Shown: piece after piece, positions 29,480 to 40,278 of the stretch
Numbering within the stretch: the first letter of the stretch is position 1
Layout of the letters: every line of letters starts with the position of its first letter
NCBI GenBank assembly: GCA_963721455.1
Contig: CAVRJG010000054.1
Coordinates: 128,001-192,000, forward strand
Origin: an uncultured Methanosarcinaceae archaeon
GTDB taxonomy: Archaea; Halobacteriota; Methanosarcinia; Methanosarcinales; Methanosarcinaceae
DNA length: 64,000 bases
Direction: 5' to 3'
The notes under the pieces: generated by a model
Databases searched by the model: none
The model's input: only the letters and a program-made list of their open reading frames with translations
What the model was told of the DNA's origin: nothing
Made by a program: the position numbers and the translations under genes

Positions 29480-30702
29480 CTCTTTATTACCCCTACCCCA
29501 ATGAGCCGCCAGCGAGAGTCAATTCTCCTGCTGATAGCAACCCTTGACCCGATGGCTGCGCTGATCGGGCGCTTGAGCGCCACCTGTGCTTCATTTTTCC
29601 GGGCACTTGTGACCACTCCTACAGTCGTTGCGGTTCCTATGTTGAGCATAAGAGGTTCACTGGTCTTGATTTCGTTGATCTTTTCTTCCCTTGTAACTCC
29701 CACAACCCTGTCGAGCAGGTGTAACTCCATGACAAACTGGTGCCGGGTCTCAGGAAGGGTGCCGGGTGCGCCTGCAATCTGTCCTGTTAAAGAATCGCCT
29801 TTTGTCAGGGTAGGGTCAAGATAAGTTCCGACAGCCAGAAGCCCTCCTGGTGTTGCTTCTTCTACCTTTGTCGCGCCTGCATAGATAGATGAAACAGTTG
29901 TCAGAATGGGAACCCACCTTGTACTGCCTTCGGTTGTAACCTTAATTCCCGGCCTTATCTCCAGCTCGTCTCCAGGGTGAAGTACCCCTTCTGTCAGGGT
30001 GCCTCCGATAACTCCTCCGCGGATTTCATCGATTGAAGCTCCTGGCCTGTTGATGTCAAAAGAACGCGCAATCAACATGCTGGCAGGCTTGTCCACTTTG
30101 TGGACAGGAGCAGGAATCTGGGTTTCCAGAGCATCGATAAGGACATCGATGTTGATGTTCTGCTGGGCAGAGATCGGGATAATGGGTGCGTTTTCTGCGA
30201 CCGTGCCTTTGACAAATTCCTTTATCTGGTGGTAGTGCTCGATAAGGCGCTCTCTGGATACAAGGTCGATCTTGTTTTGCACTATAACAATATTTTCAAT
30301 CCCTATTATATCCAGAGCCATCAGGTGTTCTTTTGTCTGGGGCTGCGGGCAGTCTTCGTTTGCGGCAATTACCAGCACTGCCCCGTCCATAATTGCGGCT
30401 CCCGAGAGCATGGTCGCCATCAGGGTCTCGTGCCCTGGGGCGTCCACAAAGGACACAGTCCTGTGTTCTTCCGTCTTTTCTCCGCAGTTAGGGCAGGTCT
30501 TTTCCACAGTGTAACACTGAGGAGCAGGGCATTTAGGGCACTTCATGAATGGGGAGTCTGCATACCCCAGCCTGATAGAAATCCCTCTTTTTACTTCTTC
30601 ACTATGCGTATCTGTCCACACGCCTGATAAGGCTTTAACAAGTGTGGTTTTTCCATGGTCGACATGGCCTACCATGCCGATATTAACACAAGGTTGACTC
30701 AA
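29476..30702 (-). CDS. eif2g: Translation initiation factor aIF2 gamma
   Basis: [33 protein letters not shown]. Confidence 0.98.
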   Translation of the reverse strand: MSQPCVNIGMVGHVDHGKTTLVKALSGVWTDTHSEEVKRGISIRLGYADSPFMKCPKCPAPQCYTVEKTCPNCGEKTEEHRTVSFVDAPGHETLMATMLSGAAIMDGAVLVIAANEDCPQPQTKEHLMALDIIGIENIVIVQNKIDLVSRERLIEHYHQIKEFVKGTVAENAPIIPISAQQNINIDVLIDALETQIPAPVHKVDKPASMLIARSFDINRPGASIDEIRGGVIGGTLTEGVLHPGDELEIRPGIKVTTEGSTRWVPILTTVSSIYAGATKVEEATPGGLLAVGTYLDPTLTKGDSLTGQIAGAPGTLPETRHQFVMELHLLDRVVGVTREEKINEIKTSEPLMLNIGTATTVGVVTSARKNEAQVALKRPISAAIGSRVAISRRIDSRWRLIGVGVIKS

Positions 30703-31080
30703 TTTGTAATTTCCTCCAGTAAAGTGAAACTAATCCGATATAAGGCAGGTTTTTATCCGAAATATGTACCATAAGAATTTTGCATTGCTTTTTTCCAGCG
30801 GATCCGCAGATTCCAACCCTGAACTTATATGATCTATAATTTGTAATGTAACTTATAAATTAAAGCGGGATTTTTGCTGGGTGCGGGCTTTAAAATGAAC
30901 CCGGAATCCTTCCCTGGTCTACAGAGTAGATTCCGGATTACCGCAATTGGAAACCCGGGCAAGTTATATCATTAAATTTTTTTTATCGCAGTTTGAATCT
31001 TGCAGATTCCTGCGATACTTTTAAAGTTTACGGTATCCTGCATAATTCATATCTACTAATGCCGGAAAGCCTTAATAAAT

Positions 31081-32244
31081 TTATGTGACGATCATGTCGA
31101 GTTTCTCGAGTTCCAGGGCGCGCCTGATCTCAAGGGCCAGCCTTCTTCCAGTACTCATTGGTCTTCTCCAGAGTGAGTTGCCGTAAGAATGGCCGACTGA
31201 CATGTGCACATTGGTCCCGCCGCCTACTCTTGGGGCCACATCATAAATATAGAAGTTAAGGTCCTTGTCCACACAGGTCTGCAGGCAGAAAGGCCCGATA
31301 ATGCCGGGAGCATAATGTTCCTGGGTAGCTTTTACATACTTTTCTCCCATTTCAAACACTTTCTCAAGAAGGGACTCGCGAAGGGTTGCAGAGTTGTGTC
31401 CGCAGACCGTGTATTCAGGAGTTAGCTGGTGTTCGGCCAGGGCCATTTGCTGCGGGGCAGGAAGCCTTACGTGGCCATCAAGGCTGGTCTCAAAACGCCA
31501 GTCAACGCCAAGAAGTTCCAGCTTACTCATTTCAGGCTCGATTGGAGAGTAAAACATATCAAGGTTGAACACAGGGCCTATGATATAACGCTCTATTCTG
31601 GCGTTTTCAAGGGCGTCTCGTGTAATAACTCCCTGCTTTATGAGGGCTTCGGATTTCTCCAGATATTCCCTGTAACTTGAAGCGGTAAAAAATCCCCTTT
31701 CCAGTGTCTTTACAGCATGCGGGAGCTTGACCATCACCAGTTCGTTAATATCCTTCGGGGATTCGACTTTTTCAGGGAAAGGAAGCCCGGCTTTTTCCAG
31801 AATCCAGTAATAACTCTGCTGCTCACTGCGTTCTTCGCTTCGAAGAAGATTCCTGCTTCCTACAAGAGGCACCTTGAAATTATCTTCTATCTCATCTATA
31901 CTGCAGTAAGAGGTAAATGAACGGTTAGGGATGAAAAGCACATTTTCATCAACCAGTTTCTGCTGGTTTTCGGGCAGGAGGATTTCGTTATACTTTTTAA
32001 AAACAACGGCCTCATCGACGATTCCCCTTTTTACTTTCCCGTAAGGGTCTCTCTGGGCTCTGAAATATTCGCTATATGTCTTTTCTCTGCCAGCCTGGCA
32101 GACAGCAAGGGTCCTGAATTCTTCTTCAACTGCCCCGTCGCAGACGTCGAGCCCTGAATGAGAGGCTATAGTCCCTACCTTTATCTTATCGGCTTGTGTA
32201 TAGTAACCTTCAACGATTTCCTTAATTTCTTTCCTGTCGATCAT
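31081..32244 (-). CDS. purP: PurP-family formate--AICAR ligase-like ATP-grasp protein
   Basis: ASHS, PNRSF, ERGFF, GPFCLQ, DVAPRVGGGTN, MSTGRR. Confidence 0.85.
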   Translation of the reverse strand: MIDRKEIKEIVEGYYTQADKIKVGTIASHSGLDVCDGAVEEEFRTLAVCQAGREKTYSEYFRAQRDPYGKVKRGIVDEAVVFKKYNEILLPENQQKLVDENVLFIPNRSFTSYCSIDEIEDNFKVPLVGSRNLLRSEERSEQQSYYWILEKAGLPFPEKVESPKDINELVMVKLPHAVKTLERGFFTASSYREYLEKSEALIKQGVITRDALENARIERYIIGPVFNLDMFYSPIEPEMSKLELLGVDWRFETSLDGHVRLPAPQQMALAEHQLTPEYTVCGHNSATLRESLLEKVFEMGEKYVKATQEHYAPGIIGPFCLQTCVDKDLNFYIYDVAPRVGGGTNVHMSVGHSYGNSLWRRPMSTGRRLALEIRRALELEKLDMIVT

Positions 32245-32511
32245 ATCTGATGGTCCTTGGCTTTGGAAGTGTTTCCTTTCAGTGAAATGGTGATAGGTAT
32301 GATTTTTTCAAACCTGATATTCGAGTGGAGATTTCCCGAAGTACAGGCCTGGCGATTATCGTCAGGCGTTATGAAATGGAAGTCTGGATAGGGTTTTTTC
32401 CCATTAACGGCTTTACCTATTAAAACCCTTTCTAATAGAAGTAATCATTTATATAATGAAGGGTAGACCAGAAAAGGTATCTGAACCTTTTCCGGTTATC
32501 TCGGGGGTTCT

Positions 32512-33273
32512 TCAAGGTCCTGAAATTAGACTCAGGATGAGGGGGGTAATAAAAGTCTCGATTACTGCTGCAAGGAAAAGAAGAGGCAGGATCCAGCGGA
32601 AATAGAACTTGAGCCCGTCCTTAAACTCCCTTTTAATCTGTGTCGGCCTGCCTATAAGGGCGGAAAATACCTGGTGTCCGAGTCGAAGTCCTATACTTGC
32701 GGACAGGAAAACCATAGGCAACTCCAGGATCCCGTGTGGGAGAAGGGCAAGAACAATGAAAGGCAGTCCTTTTTGTTGTGCTACGAGATTCGAGATCACT
32801 CCCACGATATATCCGTTAAAAGCGATAATTAGTATTGAAAGAACTCCCAGCGCCAGCCCGAGTACCAGAGAAAGCAGGCTTACGAAGGCGTTGTTAAGAA
32901 AGATCACAAACAGAATAGAAATAGGATTCATTTCCTGGAGCGGCCCGAAGCGGGAATCAAAACTTTTCATCAGGTTATCAGCCATATCAGGGAAACTTGC
33001 AACTGAGACATAGCCTGCAATGAGGGATGCGAAGAATACAAAGGTCATGAAAAGGAAATAAGGCCAGATAAAGTGCACGTACCCGGTAAACCCTTTTTTT
33101 GAGTTTTTTCCGGCATCTGACCAGGTTTTTACTTCCGTGTTTCCGGTAAGAAAGTCTTTCTCCTCTCTAGCGTATCTTCTAGTTTCCGTCTCCCCTTCAG
33201 GAGTTTCTGTCTGTACTCCCGCTTTTTTCTCCTTTAAATTAGAATCTTCCTCTCTTTCCATACTTTCCCCCAC
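32512..33273 (-). CDS. SpoIIM/DUF95 family membrane protein
   Basis: IFLNN, FNG, LPHGILE, AAVIE. Confidence 0.88.
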   Translation of the reverse strand: MGESMEREEDSNLKEKKAGVQTETPEGETETRRYAREEKDFLTGNTEVKTWSDAGKNSKKGFTGYVHFIWPYFLFMTFVFFASLIAGYVSVASFPDMADNLMKSFDSRFGPLQEMNPISILFVIFLNNAFVSLLSLVLGLALGVLSILIIAFNGYIVGVISNLVAQQKGLPFIVLALLPHGILELPMVFLSASIGLRLGHQVFSALIGRPTQIKREFKDGLKFYFRWILPLLFLAAVIETFITPLILSLISGP

Positions 33274-33335
33274 CAGTGATTTTCATCTCGTTTGATCAAT
33301 CCGAACTGCAGGCGCCTGTATATATCGGTTTTGTC

Positions 33336-34205
33336 TCAGATTCCCAGCATCATCCGGATCGTGTTCCGGGTTGCAGGAGAAAGCCCAAGGATCAAAATGA
33401 CCATTTTAATTAGCATTTTCAGGTCCACGGAACGTTCATCATCCTCAAACTGAGTGTCAAGCATGTAAAGAACCCCTATGAAGATAATAAGTTTCAATGG
33501 ATACATAACCAATGCGGTGCCAGTAAGCTCGATAAGATAAGAGGGCACTACATGTTTTTCAAAGTATCCCAGCATATCTACTCCTATGTACGTTGAAGAA
33601 GCATCCATCAGATGGGCCATCAGGATGGAGAGGTTAAGGGGATCGGTAAATATCGAGGATTTGAAATGACGGGCAACAAGGTAAAAGGCAAAGGTCAGGC
33701 CTGTTCCTGCCCCCAGTACGAATAAGGGGACTTGAGCGGCTACTATGTTCTCGAAATGCAGGAGGGTGATGAGGTTTGCGAAGAACCATACAAGTCCGAA
33801 GCCTGCAAAGATGACATGAAAATCCTTTACCAGCTTGGCTCTCTGCAGCCGGATGGAAAGCCAGAGGCAGCCTACAGTTACCGCAAAAACCAAAAAGTAA
33901 ATATTGGGAGTTATGAGAAGATAGGTTAATGGCGAGTGAATTATGCCTGCAGGAGAATCCTCAAGTACGCGCAGGGAAGAGCCCGCAAGCACGAAAGGCA
34001 GTACAGAAGCAATAAAGCGCGGTGTGATTTTTACCTTCAGTTTCTCGAGAAGCCTGAAAACCCCGAATATACAAATACCCAGTACCACTGCCCATGTAAA
34101 GGTGTTTACGGGATTATACCCTTCGTCACTCCTTATGGGGTCAAGATAATAGGTATTGATAAACTGTGATATTTTATCTATTGAAAAACTCATCTTATCA
34201 CTCAT
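33336..34205 (-). CDS. DUF63 family membrane protein
   Basis: GYNPVNT, LRVLED, ITP, AHLMDASST, EKHV, GLSPATRN. Confidence 0.88.
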   Translation of the reverse strand: MSDKMSFSIDKISQFINTYYLDPIRSDEGYNPVNTFTWAVVLGICIFGVFRLLEKLKVKITPRFIASVLPFVLAGSSLRVLEDSPAGIIHSPLTYLLITPNIYFLVFAVTVGCLWLSIRLQRAKLVKDFHVIFAGFGLVWFFANLITLLHFENIVAAQVPLFVLGAGTGLTFAFYLVARHFKSSIFTDPLNLSILMAHLMDASSTYIGVDMLGYFEKHVVPSYLIELTGTALVMYPLKLIIFIGVLYMLDTQFEDDERSVDLKMLIKMVILILGLSPATRNTIRMMLGI

Positions 34206-34561
34206 TCAAAATGGCAATATCCTAATACAATTAATACTTACTGTGTATAAGTCGAACTTATTTCCTCAATCAAGAAGGTAGTATTCTATCTCTAGCGTGC
34301 GGTGTTCGTTTTAATGGCAGATATTTCTTTCCGGAAGGTTTTATCTCAATAAAGGCTAACAGTATTATAAAGGTTAATAATAAAGGTTAATATTAATATA
34401 TTACTTCATTTTTATAATTATCTGTATAACTCCTAACATCATGCGCACACATACTATAATGGTGTATAATGGTGTAAGCATGGAGAATGACCCTGAATGA
34501 ATTCTAAGAAAAAGAGTCTGATAAATCAATCTTGAAGATGTGCCATACTGGAACTGATCAA

Positions 34562-34610
34562 GAATTAAGTTAATGAATTAAGTTAATGAATTAAGTTAAT
34601 GAATTAGTTA
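34562..34610. repeat. 13-bp tandem repeat (GAATTAAGTTAAT)x3 plus partial copy
   Basis: Seen directly, upstream of egsA. Confidence 0.85.
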
Positions 34611-34821
34611 TGTACCTGATATGCTGTAGTCTGCTGATAATCGAAACCTGACGGTGTGAAGTGCAATCCGGGGATTGGGCGGTCTGTCATAAAGATTGAT
34701 ATATGTTAATCTCCCAGTAAGCAAATAACCTTCAACAGCTGGATTATGTGTGACTTCTTGTGTATATTCGGGTTTACAAAAGCCAATTTACCATCTATCA
34801 TGATCAAATACATATGCGGGT

Positions 34822-35892
34822 ATGAAATTGACTATCAACAAAAACAGCGCAAAATGGATGCAGCTTCCCAGAGATGTGCTCATCGGGCACGGCGTGCTTG
34901 AGGAAGTTGGATATGTCTGCAGGGACCTGAAACTGAAAGGAAATGCGCTGATCGTGACCGGAAGCACTACGCGGGATATTGCAGGCAGGAGAGTTCGTGA
35001 CCTCCTTGAAAGTGCGGGCAGCAGCGTGGAAACAGTTCTAACGTGCAAAGCTACGATGGAGGAGGTTGATAAGGTCATGGAAAAAGCCCTTGAAATAGAA
35101 GCGACTTTTCTCCTCGGGGTTGGAAGCGGCAGGTCTATTGACCTTGCGAAGCTTGCTTCGACCCGGCTGGAACTTCCTTTTATCAGCGTGCCTACTGCAG
35201 CTTCTCATGATGGTATTGCATCTTCCCGCGCCTCAATTGTGGACAATGGAAAGAGTACGTCTGTACAGGCGCAGGCTCCGATTGCAGTCATAGCAGACAC
35301 GGAAATTATCTCCTCGGCTCCTTTCCGTTTCCTTGCAGCCGGCTGTGGAGATATAATTTCCAATTACACGGCAGTAATGGACTGGGAACTTGCAAGCAGG
35401 CTCAGGAATGAATATTTTGGGGAATATGCTGCAGCCCTCTCCCGTATGGCTGCCAGGGTAATGATTGAGTATGCAGATTCGATCAAGCCCCAGCACGAGA
35501 CGTCGGCAAGGCTTGTAGTAAAAGCTCTTTTGTCGAACGGGATTGCAATGAGTATTGCAGGCTCTTCAAGACCTGCTTCAGGTTCGGAACATATGTTCAG
35601 CCATGCCCTTGACAGGATAGCCCCAAAACCCGCGCTCCACGGGGAACAATGCGGGGTTGGCACGATTATGATGATGTACCTCCACGGGGGAAACTGGCAG
35701 GAAATCAGGGACGCCTTAAAAAAGATCGGGGCTCCTGTAACTGCAGAAGAACTGGGTATAGAAGATAAATATATAATTGAAGCCCTGTTACATGCACACA
35801 GCATTCGCCCTGAACGTTATACAATTCTCGGGAGCGGCCTTACCCCCTCGGCTGCTGAGAAAGTTGCCAGAATCACAAAGGTCATAAGTTGA
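34822..35892 (+). CDS. egsA: Glycerol-1-phosphate dehydrogenase
   Basis: [31 protein letters not shown]. Confidence 0.96.
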   Translation: MKLTINKNSAKWMQLPRDVLIGHGVLEEVGYVCRDLKLKGNALIVTGSTTRDIAGRRVRDLLESAGSSVETVLTCKATMEEVDKVMEKALEIEATFLLGVGSGRSIDLAKLASTRLELPFISVPTAASHDGIASSRASIVDNGKSTSVQAQAPIAVIADTEIISSAPFRFLAAGCGDIISNYTAVMDWELASRLRNEYFGEYAAALSRMAARVMIEYADSIKPQHETSARLVVKALLSNGIAMSIAGSSRPASGSEHMFSHALDRIAPKPALHGEQCGVGTIMMMYLHGGNWQEIRDALKKIGAPVTAEELGIEDKYIIEALLHAHSIRPERYTILGSGLTPSAAEKVARITKVIS

Positions 35893-36159
35893 AAAGTTAT
35901 TCTTGTTCAGGCTGAAGTAGAAAATCAGTGTTTGTTTAAAGTACAGAGCTCAAGGCTGCAGTTAAGATTCCATTTAAGAATCCAGTGGCTCACATCCGGT
36001 TAAAGGGAGCTCGGTTAATCCGGAATCACTTAATTTCCAATTAAAAAGTATTATTCCAAATCGAATCCAGTATTGAATTTCAAATTATTTCGGGATAAGC
36101 TCCGGGCATCCCTGAGAAACGGGGCACAGGCCCGAAAACAATCAAATGGAAGAGTTATT

Positions 36160-36609
36160 ATGACAGAAAGCGATACCAAAATAACACTTATCGGATCACG
36201 GCTTGCAAGGGAAGGGCTGGAATTCATATTCAAAGGTGAGATGCCCGAATGCAAAAAATGCCGGCTAAAGAACACCTGCCTTAATCTTGAACCAGGACGC
36301 AGGTACAGGGTCGAGAGAATCAGGAACAATGATCTCCATGAATGTTTCCTGCATGATAGCGGTGTACTGGCCGTGGACGTTAGCAGGGCTCCTATCCTGA
36401 CCACAATAGAGTCAAGAAAGGCAGTTGATGGGGCAAAAATTATGTATGAGCCTCCAAAGTGCGGCAAGAGGGAGTGCGGGGTGTATGAGGTCTGCCACCC
36501 TGAAGGGCTTTCGAAGGGAGACAAATGCAAAATTGTAGAGGTCCTCGAAAGCCTTGATTCCAAGTGCGAAGCCAACTATTCCCTGAAAAAAGTGAAATTG
36601 GCCTGGTAA
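36160..36609 (+). CDS. UPF0179 family protein
   Basis: ITLIG..LA..G.EF, CKKCRLKNTC, LEPGRRY; start MTESD at 36160. Confidence 0.88.
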   Translation: MTESDTKITLIGSRLAREGLEFIFKGEMPECKKCRLKNTCLNLEPGRRYRVERIRNNDLHECFLHDSGVLAVDVSRAPILTTIESRKAVDGAKIMYEPPKCGKRECGVYEVCHPEGLSKGDKCKIVEVLESLDSKCEANYSLKKVKLAW

Positions 36610-36683
36610 ATGTAAAACAAACATATTTTAGTAATAGTAAGATTGATTATTAATAAATACTAAAGGTTTAAGTGGTGTTATAA

Positions 36684-37316
36684 GTGCCTGAAAAGGAAAT
36701 GAACCAGGTCCCCTATGAATTTTATACCCAAAAGCGCTGGGAAAACTGGCTAGGAAGGGCAAAAGAGAGCGGTTTCCAGATCAAGGAATCGGAAGAAGAA
36801 GCCGGAAAGGAAAGTGCCATCTTCGTCAATATGGTTGACGATGTTATCCTTGCCTGCCTGAAATTCACCGTACGCTTTGAGAAAGGTATGCTCTCCAGAG
36901 AAAAAGCTCTGGAGATTCTGGCGGAGATCCGGGACATCGTACTTTCCGAGGTCGAACCGATTTCCGAAGATATCGACCTTATGATAGACTCGATCCAGAC
37001 CTCTCTTATGGGAGCGATTGTCGCCTTTGAATGCTATATTCTGGGTGACTACGACGAGGGGGCAAATATTGAAGAACTTGTAAAAGCAGCCATTGACGCT
37101 GAATCCTCGGACAACCTTGAACTTGCCCTCGATTATACTGCACAGTGCGGTGCAATCGTGCTAAAAGGGAAAAGCCTGCCTGAAGAGGTTATGGCCGAAC
37201 TTCCCTACGGCATTGTTGCAGAATGGCTTGACGGGATTGATTCCATCTCGGCTGCAATGGTAGGAAGCGATAGTTACAAGGAATTTGACGAAGAAGATGA
37301 AGAGGACGCTGCCTAA
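36684..37316 (+). CDS. DUF2150-like protein
   Basis: FYTQKRWENW, EWLDGIDSI, acidic tail; follows UPF0179. Confidence 0.8.
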   Translation: MPEKEMNQVPYEFYTQKRWENWLGRAKESGFQIKESEEEAGKESAIFVNMVDDVILACLKFTVRFEKGMLSREKALEILAEIRDIVLSEVEPISEDIDLMIDSIQTSLMGAIVAFECYILGDYDEGANIEELVKAAIDAESSDNLELALDYTAQCGAIVLKGKSLPEEVMAELPYGIVAEWLDGIDSISAAMVGSDSYKEFDEEDEEDAA

Positions 37317-37515
37317 ACAAATCCTCTGCAAACGAAGGATTCCTTTTCCAGTTTTTCTGGAATGTGGAAGTCCTTTTAAATTTATAAAAATTAAATCTTA
37401 GTTTAAATATTAAATAAATTTCAGTTTAAATATTAAATGTTCGGTTCAAAAATCAGGTATTAGCTCAAAAATTAATTAAAAAATTAAATAATATTAAAAA
37501 GCTTGTCCAATGTTT

Positions 37516-38739
37516 TCAAGCTTTCTCGAAGCATGTCCTGGATTCTTGCTTTTCAACCAGTTTCTTCTGCCCGGATTCCTGCTTTTCAATCACTTTTTCG
37601 TATACTTCGAGAGTTTTTTCAGCTATTGTTTTCCAGTTATATTTCTTTTTGAGAAGGTCGTTTCCTTTTTCTCCCATTCGGTTATGGCCAAGCCCTTCAA
37701 GGACATAATTGAGACCCCAGGCAATAGAAGAGGATTCTTTATGAGCAACAACTCCTGTCTTGAAATTCTCCACAAGAGCGACTGCATCGCTTGCAACTAC
37801 CGGTTTCTTTGCATCCCAGGCTTCAAGCACCACGATTCCGAAGGGCTCATTCCGGCTGGGCACGCACACAAGGTCGCAGGCATTGAACCAGTCTATTACA
37901 GTGTCATCCGGGGCATATCCAAGGAAGTTGCATGAATTTCCGATCCCAAGTTTCTGGGCCTGATTTTCACACTGAGAGCGCATGTCCCCTTCTCCTATGA
38001 GCACAAACTGGGCATTCCTTTTTTTCAGGACTTTTGCCGCAGCTTCCACCAGCAGGTCAGGCCCTTTCTGATAGGACATCCTTCCCGTGAAAAGCACTAC
38101 TGGAAGGCATGGGTGGATGCCGTAGTGCTTTTTCACATTTCCAGGGTCGATTTGTCTTTTTATTTTTCCCACGTTTATGCCGTTAGGAATTTCCCATAGC
38201 TTGTAATCGGGAATTTTGTAGATATGCTGGACTTCTTCCTTTAATACTGTCGAGGTCGTAATCACATCAGAAGATTCGTATCCTCCGAGCCATTCCCTGT
38301 GCGCTATTTCCTTTGCTTCCCACCAGTCCCCATGGCGGTTCCCATTGCGTCCCCATTCAGTGCTGTGGAAGGTTAGCACAAAAGGCAGCCCAAACTGGGC
38401 TTTAATCCTGCAGAGAACATTTACCGGATGCCAGTCATGCCCATGAAGAACATCAAATTTTCCTACACTTTTTCTCACGTCCAGAAACCGGCAGTACATA
38501 CCTTCGCACATCCGGTTCATCTGTTCTATTATTCCCCCGTTTTGATCACAGGCAATCCTGTGATAATGGACTCCATTGATTATCTCATCGTTGTTTTCAC
38601 GGCCTCGTGTAAACAGGTGGACCTCATGTCCCTCTGCCGCAAGAGCATCAGAGAGTTCGGATACATGGGGTGAGATTCCTCCTACACGTATCGAATACAA
38701 ACTTTCCCAGGTAAACATTCCTATTCGAATCTTTTTCAT
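37516..38739 (-). CDS. GT4 glycosyltransferase (glycogen-metabolism associated)
   Basis: VGGI, HGHDWH, HSTEWGR, QKGPD, PSRNEPFGIVVLEAW. Confidence 0.9.
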   Translation of the reverse strand: MKKIRIGMFTWESLYSIRVGGISPHVSELSDALAAEGHEVHLFTRGRENNDEIINGVHYHRIACDQNGGIIEQMNRMCEGMYCRFLDVRKSVGKFDVLHGHDWHPVNVLCRIKAQFGLPFVLTFHSTEWGRNGNRHGDWWEAKEIAHREWLGGYESSDVITTSTVLKEEVQHIYKIPDYKLWEIPNGINVGKIKRQIDPGNVKKHYGIHPCLPVVLFTGRMSYQKGPDLLVEAAAKVLKKRNAQFVLIGEGDMRSQCENQAQKLGIGNSCNFLGYAPDDTVIDWFNACDLVCVPSRNEPFGIVVLEAWDAKKPVVASDAVALVENFKTGVVAHKESSSIAWGLNYVLEGLGHNRMGEKGNDLLKKKYNWKTIAEKTLEVYEKVIEKQESGQKKLVEKQESRTCFEKA

Positions 38740-39141
38740 AGGCTCACTTATTCCTTTTTGTCAAAATTGGAATTAAGGACATCAGTAACTAAGAATGCAG
38801 GCTTCCCCTTGCCTTTTATAATAATTGCATCCTCCAGTTTACTGAATTCAGCTATATTTCAGTTATATTACCCTGCAGTTTACTGAATTCAGATCGCGAC
38901 AGTCCTGCTATAACCCTGCGTATGCCCCTTAAGCCTTTAATTGACTATATAATGGTAAAGGAGTATAACCTTGATTTACGTGATATGAAGGCGGCTTTCG
39001 CATTAAGGATACCGTTTCTATACTTCCTTAACTTCATTCCTTTTTAATGGTAGATAAACATATCTGTGAATTTTTTCTTACGTTTTTGACTGGAAATCAT
39101 GAAATCTTCGTCCTCTCCTTAGCTTATTTCTCAGACAGGGC

Positions 39142-40146
39142 TCATTTTCCGGGCATAGGGTCTCCCCTCAGGTAAGAGGCTGCCCTTTCCGGGGAAACCG
39201 TAGTGATATAAGTTCCTGTATTCAGTTCAAAACCCGCATTAATGGTAAGTCTCGGAAGCAGCCGAAGGTTCAGGTGATATTCGGGAGTTTCGAAAAGCTG
39301 GTAAAACATATGATTGAAAGGCAGGTTTCCAAAGACTCTCCCATAACTTTTGAGGACATCTCTTAAAATGTCTCCGAGGGCAAAAAGAATTTTGTCATTG
39401 CAATCTCCAAGAAAACTGACATGTTTCTTGGGAAGAACCCATACTTCAAATGGCCCCACTGAATAATAAGGAGTAAAAGCTATGCATTCGCTGTTCTCAA
39501 ATATCAGGCGGGACGACGTTTTTTCCATATCAAAAATGGCACAGTATGGGCATCTTTCTTTTTCCCTGATAACCTTCAATTCCCTCCCCAGCGGAGGAGG
39601 ACAAAACGGCAGGGCAAGGAGCTGGCTGTGAGGGTGGTTAATGGAAGCCCCTGCTGCTTTTCCGGAATTTTTGAACAGGGAGACGTAAAGTATTTTTTCA
39701 CGGGTTATGTAGTTGCATGTACGGTCTCTATAGACGTGCATGAGCCCTGAGAGTTCAGGATTGGAAAAATCCTCCAGTCTTCTCCCATGCAAAGGCGACT
39801 CTACGATAACTTCATGAAAGCCGTACCCTGGTTCAGCCCGCATGCCAATTTCCGGATGCTCTAGAGGATCCGGGGCAGGCGAGAGGGCAGGGTAAAGGTT
39901 CGGAAAGCAGCGAAAATCCCAGTTGCGTATCCTTTTTTCGGAAGTGTCGGCAAAGATTTTCCCATTTTTATATACTGCAGTGGCAAGGGGAGTTTTTTCC
40001 TCTTCCCCCCTGCAAAAAATGCAGTTTTCAGGGCCGCTTTTCCCGGAATCTTCAACTGCGCCTGCAAAATCCGAAGGCCTTTTAGCTCTTTCTTCTGCAA
40101 TTATGCAGTACTCGGAAAGAAAATAATGTTTTCTGATTTCTGGCAT
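39142..40146 (-). CDS. galT: Galactose-1-phosphate uridylyltransferase family
   Basis: ERAKRP, CIFC, NLYPA, AGASINHPHSQ. Confidence 0.88.
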   Translation of the reverse strand: MPEIRKHYFLSEYCIIAEERAKRPSDFAGAVEDSGKSGPENCIFCRGEEEKTPLATAVYKNGKIFADTSEKRIRNWDFRCFPNLYPALSPAPDPLEHPEIGMRAEPGYGFHEVIVESPLHGRRLEDFSNPELSGLMHVYRDRTCNYITREKILYVSLFKNSGKAAGASINHPHSQLLALPFCPPPLGRELKVIREKERCPYCAIFDMEKTSSRLIFENSECIAFTPYYSVGPFEVWVLPKKHVSFLGDCNDKILFALGDILRDVLKSYGRVFGNLPFNHMFYQLFETPEYHLNLRLLPRLTINAGFELNTGTYITTVSPERAASYLRGDPMPGK

Positions 40147-40278
40147 TTCAGGAAAACCTCATTATATTTCTCTTCCATTTTCTCCTCTTTCGTTATCTTT
40201 TCTTCCTTCCCCTCTTTTTCCTGACTAACCCTTTTTCGGACACTTTTTAGTATTCTTTTACCCTTTGCCTGCGGCATT

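Noticed and set aside
32250-32400. Possible riboswitch upstream of the purP-like gene
   Set aside because: Only one hairpin (GCCTGGCGAT/ATCGTCAGGC); no known aptamer consensus seen.
34562-34610. 13-bp tandem repeat as a functional element
   Set aside because: Simple slippage-type repeat with no supporting evidence of function.
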